64,000 nt of DNA from Balanoglossus misakiensis (Eukaryota > Animalia > Hemichordata): contig CM082586.2 of NCBI GenBank assembly GCA_040954595.2, positions 5,690,509 through 5,754,508 of the forward strand. The letters run 5' to 3'. Each line of letters starts with the position of its first letter. Position 1 is the stretch's first letter. The notes under the pieces are model-generated. The model did not search any database and had not been told where the DNA came from. It saw only the letters and a program-made list of their open reading frames with translations. A program made the translations under genes and the position numbers. Positions 51,778-64,000 of the stretch are shown here, one piece after another.

Positions 51778-54700
51778 TTTGTGATGGAAGATGCATACTA
51801 GAAATTTAATCCTGCTTTAGGGAGCCGATCAAATGTTACATGTTGTCAAGAGCATGACGTAAGAAGTGGCTGATCACGCTATATAAAGGATGAAATCACG
51901 TTTTATGTTTGGTAAAGGCTTTGTCTACAGTACTTCCCTAGCAGGGTCAGTAGGAGGTCAATTTTAAAACCGGGTGACATTGCACCATATGTTCCAAACC
52001 CTCTCTATAATTTTGGTCTCACCAGTGACACAACTCTTGTAAGATTTGTTAACTAAAATTATAGATCAAATTTAGATTTGAACCAATAAGTAACCAGGTA
52101 TTGCCCAGCAAAATTCAATTAGGCTTTGATGATATCCCATCAGTAAATAATTTTTGGCGCCAAAGTTTATTATTGTATTTAACACAGACGTTCATGCTAC
52201 ACGTACGATCGCGCAAAGTAGGAAATGACAAGAGAGTACCAGAAATGGGCTCACGACCAGATGTTTTACGAATAACAACAGATCAAATGAACAGAATACG
52301 CAGGGCTGGCAATTATCGTGACCAAGCTTCGTGACTTTTAAAAGTAATTACTGAAATCCTGCCTTGGAGGGGTTGCTATGGTAGCAGGGCTCTATCTATT
52401 CTGAATAGTTTATGCCACCAATTGGAGACTATCGACACTAAATTTAGCGAGAGCTTTCAATAAACAACGCGATCATTCAACTGTGGGTCAGACTATCTAA
52501 CAGGAGAGGTAGGATAATGATGCATGTATAGCAAAGTAATTTTTGCTATCTGAAGAATTTTACATTTTTAAATCAAACAACAGGTCATGTTCCAAGACTA
52601 GTTGTAGTTTTACAATGTATGATTAGTAGTCTACTATTTATACACAATATTTTCACAGAATATTCATGTTGCAAACAGATTATTTGTGGACTGAACACTG
52701 ATACTGTTTCTGTACTGTTCAATTCCAAAAATAAACCTCATGGAAAATAATTAGATTATTTTTATATCCTAGCATGTGTCACATGAGAATTGTAACATGC
52801 TGTATAGAGCTAATCCTATCTATCTATCCATGAATACAGAATGTACTTTTATGATCAAATTTACACTTTCATTTTTGTCATGATTCACAGATATGTCTGT
52901 GTGTAATGTGCAGATAATTATCTGACCCTGACGACAATGCTTGAAAACTGGCAGGAACTAATATATACATTGTATAAAATCTGCATATTAATTTCTGAAG
53001 GTGAACAGCGTTAGTGTTTTTCTTGGGCTCAAAGGAACACTTGAGGAAAGAAATTGAATTGAAACATTTTCATTCATAACTGCTGAAAAAATAAGTAACA
53101 AACACTGCGGATGTTTTATTGTTATTTTAACCAAGCTGAATATTTAATTATATCTCTCTCAAAAAGTGGGGTAAACATCTTCCTAAATCGATCAATGGAA
53201 AGTTAAAAATAATTCATATATACAATTAAACTATATTCGTACATCCTTCCATTATATACATTCATCTAATCTGTTACAACTTTAAATTGACAGCGGTTAA
53301 TGACCATAAAAGCACACCTTCATTCATTGCCCCTAATGCTGCCAGATGAATGTTCAATTGAATTTCTATCATCGTTATTTCTATGAATATATAAATAAAA
53401 TGTATCTCCTTCATTGATAGGGTCATATTCCACGTACACAAGCTTTCTGAAAACAACATTTGGCATTGAGAAATACAAGTGTGTTCAATATACTTATACT
53501 AATAAGGCAATTCTTTGGAGGTTTTGGAGCTGGGTTAAAAGGTTGCTTATTCTAGGTTTTATAAGATGCACCATTTGAAAAATAGCACTTCGAAAACAGT
53601 ATTATACACGGACATCGAATTTTGTAGTTGTCATTATTGAAGGTCTCCTAATTTTTAACTATAACCCATGTTTGTAATATGGAAATACTTTTCTGATGTA
53701 ACAAACATTCGTCTGGCATCAAAAGGATCATATTGAATTATAGCAGATTGTTTCATGATATTCGGTATGAAAAACGCCAATATTAAATACTTTGATTTCC
53801 GAATAAGGGGCATGGAATCTGTATGAAGTGACTACAACGTGATCCCAAGTCCGGGAAGGAAGTCCAGTATAGGTGCTTTAAATTAATAAAAATAATTTTG
53901 CAAGTGGCTACCATATGGTTATATGTGCGCACGCACTAGAATGTTAGAATTTCTAATTTGACTACAGCTACCCGGTACTTAGCGTGCATTACTTTTTGAG
54001 ACCGGAAAATTGAGAAAGTAAAAGTCCTTGGCATATTTCAAGATTGATAATTGGCAAATGCCCGTCAGTTAAGTTGCATAGTGTGTCAGATTTCATGATC
54101 TGACTGTAGATTGAATCCTTGCAAATTAATGCCAAAGTAATTTGCGTCATCGTTCAGACAAATTTTCCAATAAGCATTCTGGCTCGTGATATACACTGTA
54201 GACTAGCGACTTCATGTTCTCATGGGAAAGTATCATTTCAGACTGCTTACCTGTCAGCCCGCCCTGGGATCGATCAGCAACTGCACATGGAAATTGTCGT
54301 GTATTGACTGATTTGTCCTTTTCTGAAAACGTGGCTGCCTCTAGCGTTGTCACAGGAACGAATGTTTTATTTCGATGACATGTGCGTCATTTACCAATCA
54401 TCACACGGGGGATACACAACTTTACAGGGCAGCGTTCCTCCTGGGATAGAATTTTACATATTGTCTCAGAATTCATGGCGACCCCAAATTTCTAGGTTTT
54501 TTTCCAAGGGCTATTTAATCACTCTGTCATCATAAAATCAATTTGTGGGAAGGACTAGATTTAAAATATCCCTGTTGTTCTCTGAGCTCACGGTATACTA
54601 ACTGTAGCAAAATATAGCTTAGGGGGAAGTTGTATTATAAATGTGTCTGTATCTATATTTATTTCTTCTGACAACACGGTTTCTTGCCTATATTGGTAGA

Positions 54701-57700
54701 TTAACGAATGCGGTTCGTTTATTAGATTATCTTCAGCGTCAGACTTTCATATGCATGTCACTCGTGCATAGCATCCCTACGAGGTACATATCGACATATA
54801 AGCATTTCTAAATATAGAAAATACGACATTGGTTGATGGAAAGTACAAGGATTTCAAACAGCTACAGCTACTATCCATTTGACTACTTATACATGTAGTT
54901 AGTTATTTCTGTTCACAAAGAATGAAAAAAAACAGGCAAATTTTACTTATTTTTGATGTATGATAATGATAAATTTTGGTTCGCTCCTGCGGCATAACTG
55001 TTTGCATGAGTGGAGATTTAATATACACAGGACATCACCAGTAAATCCTAGATATTGATACGTATAAGTCATTGCATCATTGGCCAAGCCAAACGATCTT
55101 TCACCTAAGCGTCAGCTGTGTTCTGTGCTGTGTATGTATGTGCCCATAGTTCTTGACTGGTGTGGTTTTAAAATGTCCTATAATAAGCATTTATGAGGTT
55201 TAGGGAGATTTTCCTAGTGAAAAACATGATTGGGTCTTAAGATGTCTTTGACAAATATTTCCATGGCACAGATACATTTACAATGCAAACATTGTTTTAT
55301 TCCGGCAAAATAAAATGTCACAAAGTCTGCCTTAGGGCTGATCAGTAGATGTCTCCTAAAATAGACAGAGATCTTAAAAAATTAAAGGTACTTTGGCGCC
55401 TGGCAGGGACTGTATTAAATTTTCACCACTATCCTACAGTCCTACACCTACGTACTGCAACTTGGGCAATTGTACCCAAATGCATCCAGGCATACCGTAC
55501 CGGTACATACTACCTAATTAGAAGGACTGATTTATTTCTATGTACCGGTAGTCACATGGTTCTGTTTTATTTAAGTTAGTCTAAGCTGTTCAGGCTTCCT
55601 TGACTATTGTAATGCAAGACACCTGGTGTGATTTGATGTTATGTGTCTGATTGACTGAATACAATAAATTATTTTCATTCATGTTGGACAACAAATCTAA
55701 CTTGATTAACCCCTTCAAATTCAGTGTTTTGGGACAATTACTTCAGACTTTGAAGAAGAAGAATCGAGAATAACAAACATAAACCATCTGATTACAAGGA
55801 CATAGGAACTGTAATTGACAGGCATATTTTCACGAAAACAATGTTGCCGTTATCCCCATGTTCGCTCCTAACCTTGTTGACACCATCACACAGAATTGAT
55901 GACGGTCAAAGTTCTGTGTACCCCAAACCAAATCAGGGGATCACTTTTAATTGCTTCATCTGTGCAAACCTTAATTGATTTGATGATGTTTGTGCGCTTT
56001 TGAACTCTTATATGATTGTGAATGTCAGCTAATATCGCTTGTCAATTTACAACTGTTATCAACAACACGCACGATGGCATCACGCGATACTTTTTGTCAA
56101 CTGTATTACTGCCTATACTCTTCCATGTTAATGCTGAAGTTGGATGAGGTACGTCATGTGTTTCATATATTCAATTGAACAAAGCTAAGCACAAAAACCA
56201 ATACTATGCTTCTTTTGGATTAAATTTGAGTTATAACTTAACCATTTGAATCAGCAGTGGAAAATTCTCCCAAAATTGTATGAAACTATGTATGAAACTA
56301 AATGTGTTCCCAGCTTTGTGACTGGGATGTGGAAAATTTGTGGATACCAGATGTACAGAAAAACTCACAAAGGGTAAAATGTTCATTAAGCAAAGCATTC
56401 GCCTCGACGTTTAGAAATTTGATTCCAATCGTATGTACTAAAAGAATTGTAATAAAATGTCATTAACAAAATAGATATCTATGTTCCCATCGGCATTAAT
56501 TTTGCCATTTGCGTCAGAGAAAAGTAATTTTCCTTTATATATATTTGCACTGCAGTTTCTGTATTGAAGGATAACAATTCGTGTTCACTTTTTTGACGAT
56601 ACAATATGTTCATTTTGAATGTCTAAATACAGCAAAGAAACCTTACATGCTGTCTTGTCACGGTATTTTAGTAGTCCAGTCCAGTTCATTGATTTCCCAT
56701 TTTTGGCACCAAAACACAATTACATACAAAGCGAGATAAAATGATATGCAGACAGACAGGCAGACGAGCAGGGGTTTCTTGACACCAAACCTGCCTTGCT
56801 AGTAGGTTATTAAAAGCTTGTCTCATGCGAATGGAAAGTTTGTGATATTTAAGTTGTCCTTTGAAACAGATCCTAAGAAGGCCCACATATGTGTAAATCG
56901 AGTCAACATACATGTACCGGTATCTATGGCACTCTGGAACCATTTCTTTGAAATATATTCGTTTCCGGTAGCGTTTTCATCCGAGCACAGGTACAAATGT
57001 AGGTCAACAAAGCCAGAGCACAAGAATGGGCTTTTAGTAGAATCCTGCAGATTTTCTTGTAAATTATTCAGATGTCCTATTTGAAGTGGTTAGGTATACT
57101 GGAGCCGACGGTGTATTCTATTATCTCAAGTGGTTTCTCCGTGGATTTGGTTTGTTACAAGACGAATGCAGGGTCATGATCCCACTTCGACTGATGAACA
57201 GCTAAAGTTTCGGGGGGTTGTTTATTGACAACCTCAATTTTCATCAGCTAGCCCCCGCATTTCAAATTCAACCACAAACATGTCACCCTTAATGTGTGCA
57301 CATTTCAGATAGTCAATGACAAAAGATGTTCTGTACGGTATAGTTGTTTTAAACAGGTTTTTCCATTTTTTGTCTAACACTGATATTTTCCGAATGGTGC
57401 AATTTTTTCATGAATTACACTCTGAATTAAGTGCATATAGAAAGAGATGCTTTGTATCATTTATGTACGTGTGACACTCATTTGTTATTTATCCTGCTCA
57501 CATGCAATCTTTCACTCAGTGTATTGTAACATTTGCCTATTGCTCCTACAACATGCATCCTGTGTTTAGTTCAACCGTTACTCTTTACTGCTGTTTTTCT
57601 CTTATATTAGAGCGCCTGATCATGCTGTACGCCCCAACAGTTTCTTAATAACCCGTTTCGTTCCTTCCGACGAAGTAATTGCATTCCTAACTACGCTGCT

Positions 57701-60700
57701 AACCGACCCGTTAAAATGGTAGCCACGAGCAAAGTTTGTAAGTCTCTCTGATTACATTATGATTGGGGTTACATGGAGCAAGCAATCGTTCCGCTTTGTG
57801 GGCGCACAAGCTCATTTTCAGATTGCCCTAGTCAATTTCCCGTCATAACCGGCGAGATAGTTTCACTAATATATGAACATCTTGATCCCCGCAACCTGCA
57901 CACAGAGAATAATGATCTTTTAAATGTATGGTTCCATATGAGCTTTTCATTGCGTGCAGATGAATAGTTTGCATCCTACATACCCGGAAGGATAAATGTG
58001 GTCTTAGTTTCAGAGTAGAAAATAATCTCCCGTTTCTCGTAACCAATAAGTTACCTTCTGGATATAACTACACGCGTTGCAAGTAAAATACTAAAGTTCA
58101 GATGGTACTTTGCAGGTAGACTAAAACTTACGTCATGTGGGTAGGCAAGCGTGAAAAACCCGTGGAATAATTAATCACCAGGGAATGCTTAGTGACCCTA
58201 TTCTGTGTTAAAGCTTCAAGGGAAGTTTATATCCATGCCTGTCTGTCTGTCCATCTGCGCATGTTTCATTCTGCCGCTATAACATATATGTATGCGCCTG
58301 TCAATTCGTTGTATGGAATCAAAATGATACGTTAAAAACTTGTCTTGATGACATGTTACGTGAGATGTTTTCTGACAACTGTACGTGGTGTGGAATCCGA
58401 AACACCTCCACCAAAAGTGCAGACAACAATATTAATGATTATTCCTAACAAGGCAATTATACATGTTAACATATAACAGGAATTCAAGGTTACTGTAGAT
58501 AAGGCTTGGTTCTACATTCAATAGCTTTTTTTCAGTTGGTGTCTTGATTGAGTAGATAAGTACGATGGGCGATGAAGACATTTGTCTTTAGAGAGTGGCT
58601 GCTTTTTATTTTGACTCAGTGATTGATCTACCGGTATATGGCGGTTGCAAAATATTGCGTAGGATAAGCTTGCTTTCTTCGCATCAGTTGACTTGGTCGG
58701 TTTGCTAGAAGTATCTTTTTTTCATGGACTCTAATCGCTGTGGGTTAATTGTGTGAGTTTCGCTGTCCAACTTGGCTACTTAAAGGTGATATTTGATCTA
58801 TGATTAATTTGAAAAATTGATGTGTGTGATACAGCAATGATTCCTATTCATATAACAATAAAGTGTAATGTCTGATATGCTTCCAGTTCATTGTGCCCAC
58901 TTCCATATGGACGAGTATCACTACAAGACCTCCATTTAACTAATGGGGTGCATATGCCGGAAAGAGGGATTTTAATACTGATTTCTTGAAGTTCAACGTC
59001 AGTAATGTTGGTACATTGATCACGACAATTAACGTATTCTAGGTTTTACGCTTAATAAATTTGCGGTCATCATTTCGGTGACATTAAACAGTGAAAAAAT
59101 CCAAGAATATGCGACTCTGTCTCCGTGGTGGCCGACTTCCATTTCATATTGAGATTTTGGACTGTACCATTGTATTAAATGGGTGGTTTCATTTCTCTAA
59201 CAGAAATGTCACACTCGAGACACAGTTAAAGCATTTTAGAAGCAAGAGCTGTCATTTATCTTGTGGTGGAATGCTTGAAGATTCAATTTATGAAAGAAAA
59301 TTGTTTCTGAAGTATCGGTAGGAAATGGTGTTATGTCGAATATTGCCTGTTTTCATTAGCGCGGCACGTTTAACTTACGGATACTTCAGAAAAGGGGGAT
59401 TTTATGGCTCTTATTACGATGCATCTGGTTACATAGCACCTAAGTGCAAAATGCGGTTACGATGAACAGATATTACCTGTTAATGTACTTTCAAATTGCG
59501 TTGTTGCTATCAACGTAACTCCTAATGGCATTTGTATTTGCCAGAATTGATTTCCTAAACGACACGCGTTTCATTGGTTTTACATTTAATTGCATATTTT
59601 CTCAAAACGGATTTATTTCCGAGTGGAAAAGTGGACTGTTCAAGATGATATGAATTTATATGCCTGGATTGCCGGCTATTGTAGCAAATTGCATCCAACA
59701 TCCCTGAGATATGTTCTATTTTTATTACATGGCTATGAAATACCTACACATATCATATATTGACACGAATTTTCCTAATATGGATGTTTTATGACTCCGT
59801 TCGGGGTGAAGATCTACCAGGGGTTATAAATCATAAGAATCCAAAAGATATTACTACTGACAACAAGATAAATCTGTGTGTCTACTTGTGTTTCATGACT
59901 CTGTGCTCGTTTGTGAGCCAGAAACGACCTGGATATCAGAATAATTTACATCATGGGATTAACTACCACGATTGGCGGTCTGAACTTGAAGCACAATACA
60001 TGCAGATGTCATTAATGGAATGTGTGAATCTTAGAATCCAGAGGGTAGCTTATTGTAGAAACCAATTCAAATATAGACACTAATGCTATTATAGTTGCTT
60101 TGCGTCAAAGAAGGTATGGTGAAAATTTTTACTCTGACGGATAAAATACTGATTCTTTGTGAGTCTTATTCCGTTTGCGTGATGCATTTTTATTTCGGTT
60201 ATCTATACATGACGCACACAATATTGCTTCTGCAACGTGCTCTCGATAAATGTTCTGGAATCATCTGATCAGTTTCTACGATAATAATGCGTTCTCATGC
60301 TATTCAGAATTCTTATTGATGTTTTAGAGATGACACAGTTTTGTGATACAGACAACTATTTCAAACGAACCTTTAGGCCGTGTTCGACCCATTTGTATTC
60401 ACAAATTAAAAGGCAACAAGCTTAGTTTGTATATCGCCATGTCATATTACTCTCATTTATTCATCAATGATACGGGCAAATTACATCAATGAAATTCAAA
60501 TTTCTGTATGTTTTTGTATAACATTTCATTGGCTAGACCCTACTTTCATATATCTTAACAAGCATTCACACGTCACTTGCATATTACATGATCATGTTAA
60601 GCAAATTTCTATGCATATTGAACAAGCAACACAATTTTTCAATTAATGTCCCGAATGAAGAATGTTTTTGCATGTACTTGGGCATATGGTACAGGAAAAA

Positions 60701-63700
60701 AGGATCTAGTACTTTAGGGTGCCTGGAATTGATCAACCATCAACATGCCGAGATTGAGACGATGGTAAAGGCCGACAGTCGATTCCCAGCTGACAGTTGA
60801 AGGAATTATACACTATCAGATTCACAGAACACTGAAATGGACTTGTGGTTCGGGTCAGTTTGTTAACATTCGCGTGAGCGGTTCTGTGTAACCTTATCGC
60901 TGCGTTTTTGTCTGAACTGTTTGGCAAGTTTAAACCAACAACAGTATCCAGTTGTTCTATTGAATTACTCTCAGAACAACAAAAGTACAAGTGACTAGTC
61001 TAAACCAGTGTATATAGTATATAATTTAAGATTCTGCATGTTTTTGTATGTATCATAATTTTATCGGCGAAACACAAGCTCTTGGTTTTATCTAACGTGT
61101 AATCATTATTTCAAAACAGTATTTAGTTGTGACTTGTATGAACGACAAGCCTGGGTATTACCCGGTTTATTAAACTGGCGAAGTGTGTCAGTCCTAATCA
61201 CATTCTAATCCATATGTGGATATTCCCTAAAGATTATGACATTGATTTTCAAGAGATGGCTATAACTAATCCACATAACTCGCAGCAGATCTTTTCTGTC
61301 ATCAAGGATGGCTTCTGTTCGTCCGAAGGCATATGGTAGTGCAACACATCTTGTACTGACGACAAGTTGATCTGCGATTATCTGTTAATGTTTATCATCA
61401 CACACAAGCTCAGGGCAAAGGCCACCATGCACCATGCAGATGATGAGTAATAAGATTCATCGTGTATAAGCACACCTGCATTAAGTATGGAGTGACGCGG
61501 TGTGGTGGTCATCTAAGCAAATAAACATGCAACAGACATCTGCCATCTGTGTATTTTTGTGACACGACAGTGTAGGTCAACGTACGACCCCATGTATTTT
61601 CTATTTCTCACATTATTGGAGTGTACGCCCAAAAATAGCCGCCATTTACGAACTACATAAAAAATTGGAAGTGAAATTAAAGTAATGCACCATATTGTGT
61701 GGAGTTAAAATGCCTTGTTGTAAGATGTTAAACTACTTAGCATCTTAGGCCAGATGGGAATTGGTCCATTAGTTACACAAATTCAGTAATTGCATGTCGA
61801 AATGGCATTGTTAAGTTCACTGATAAGGTGGCATCACCTTCATCAGCCTTACTGCTTTTTTTAAATGCACTTCTATCACCTTAACGTGCGTCCTTGGAAT
61901 TTGAACTGAGGTCGCGTCTATTCTTGAGTACAATTGTGTTTATCTACTTTTACCTGACTTTGATTTGTGTATTGCCACAAACAACCCACACGCCAAACTG
62001 TTTATGAATATGTGCAGATTGTATATGGGTAAATCAATACTTTAACTGAAAATACAATTTCAAGTTGACGAGAAATCTTTATTGGCAAAGGTCAAAGTAA
62101 ATACGGTAACAAGTTAAATGCCTTGGAGATGAAATTAGGCTTATTATTTTGCATACGATGCATACGCCAGGTATAATGTTCACTTCTGGGACAAAACTTT
62201 GAATTGAAGCTGTCAGCGATAATACTGCCATCCGACTAAAGTACTTAAGTGCAAACTTTCTCAACAGATCATATCAGACTACTTGGAATGGAAGTTTACC
62301 AGAGAGTCGCCACTAATCAAAACCATCTGACGCCGAAGTCATCGATTCGCCCTAAATATCGACGGGGTGTAAATCCCACACCCACTGAAAAAGGCCTGAC
62401 GCTTTTCCATCATCATTCAGTTGCCTGTTTATTGTCGTCGAGGGCAAATCACAGTTTTCAGGCACCGGTATTGACGCGTAAAGCATCGTCTTTCCGCATG
62501 TAACGCCATGATGACACAGTCAGTGGGGTGGTTAATGCAGAAAGCTTGTTCGCCAAATCGTTAAATTGTACGGATAATAACCCACAGTGTAAGAGATTAA
62601 AACACTAAACGGAAACCTAGCTTTACAGAGAAAAAGCTTTCGCACTATGTTATCTTTCCTGCACTGAATTTCATATATTACAAACATGTACCGGCACAGT
62701 CAAAGAAAATCGCACAGAAAATTGATTTGTTGAATAAGTGCAAAGGAAGTGAACTACACTAATATTCTATCTATTAACAGTAGACATTTAAAAACAGATC
62801 GCTCGCGAGTGAGAATACATATATGGGCACTTCCACGTCGCGCATGTTGATACATTCACATGGCCCCAATACACCAATAACTTTTCCAGTAACAAGAGGG
62901 GATACATTTGCATTTCCCATTTCCGCACCTGCTACTCTGTAGGATTTTGTTCAAATGCAAATGAAACATCTAAACATCTAATGCTTTCACGGGATGAAAA
63001 TAGCATCGATTCAAGTTCCTGGGTGTATTACACGAACATTGCATCTGATCATCGTAGCTGAAAACCGAACAGCCATTTTATATTACAGAGTCTACTTCTT
63101 AATGGAACACACACCCATCATAATAATGGTATCCTTAAACATAAATATTCTTCTGGGAAGGACCGGTCAGTGAATTCACGATCGCTCGATATCTACCATA
63201 CCTTTAAAAATTGATTTGCTGTATCTTGAGAAAACGCTGCGAGATATTTCAAGCGGAAACGTTCGTGATGAAGAGATTTTGTCTCTCTCTTTAAGAATGT
63301 GTCGATGATATCTATCTCGCTCTAAGTATCTTCCACAAGGTCTCTGAGGTGTAAGATGACAAATCATTCGTCTGATTGTTGGTGTGAGATTTTGACGTCA
63401 GTATCACTATAACAGAGAACTTCATAGGTGTATGCTCCAAAATGACTCTTTGTCTATGCAGTGGGGCCAAGTGTGTGGGTCTATTTTTAATCGTTGTGAG
63501 TATGGACATGGGAAATGTTTCTAGTTTTACCCAATGTGAACCTGGTACATGATACTGCATCAACTAACTGGAAGCGGCTCAGTTGGTTTCGATGAATGTG
63601 TACGTGGGCTGCAGGAGCCGTAGGAAATTTCAATGAAACTTTCATGTCAAGGGCAACATGACGCATACAGAAGGTTTCAAATGAAAATAATTTAGTTCTA

Positions 63701-64000
63701 ATAGTAAAGTCTCCTCTCCATTTGGACCTTCACGTTTTGTCTAATTACAGGGACACGCCGTGAACGGTTCCATTACTTTTTACGTGACAAAAATGCAAGG
63801 AAGCTTAATTGGGGTATGCATGTCAAGACATCTAAGCATGTACATTATAAGAATTCTATAAATATTATATTATCTCGTTTGGGAGTTTACTGTTATTGTT
63901 ATATTAACCACTTTGGGAGCTCAACTTCAAATCAGAAAAAGAGCTAAAAACAATTTTCATATCATCTTGGTGTATCAACTTATCACCTCCAGTTATAGCG

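Overview
AT-rich, intron-rich animal genomic DNA, probably from an invertebrate; it is not prokaryotic, and I see no rRNA, tRNA, CRISPR array or intact transposase. The one solidly supported gene is a complete 9-coding-exon Cys-loop (pentameric) ligand-gated anion channel subunit on the minus strand, from ATG 32355 to TAA 7103. All introns are GT-AG and the phases join into 1386 nt (461 aa): MIGARFFLNLWIFLALIWSIVTEGDEEPENSTERLLTYSPNEVTVPVNADLSRMLTDFLNDEKLRVRPNTNGQAVAVYCGLYICSFDSISETSMDYSVTMYVRQTWNDTRLRFNATNPIIINGSHKNTIWVPDLFFTNAKGAEVHMSTSTKESMLIRITPSGEVLYTIRMSVKLSCHMDLRYFPMDQQICIINIESFSYATNDMTLEWLSDDAVVIDETVRLPQYSINDFVAIEKLGKYLTGNFGQVEVRFRLVRQIGFYVLQAYIPSILLVVLSWLALWMEITSAPARVSLGITTVLALVTQGTWIRSQLPKIAYVTAIDIWLVSCQVFVFATLIEFALVYYMHAWEQGQYSLQRAKRASRKALKSTMRQHDIPPWSSRNMSRSELATNGLPFRESKSLTSRQSSVDDVQSSVRFNISPRKDFMDRAIMIDHVCRIFFPASFIIFNIVYWYKFLLEPYKD. 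Its exon architecture resembles the glycine receptor alpha genes, but it lacks the loop-C disulfide and has an unusual upper M2, so its ligand is unknown. The rest (1-7 kb and 33-64 kb) is non-coding with simple repeats, degenerate MITE-like fragments, an excess of TACCGGTA/TACATGTA palindromes, and one orphan well-spliced minus-strand exon candidate at 47327-47444. I found no convincing novel multi-gene system.
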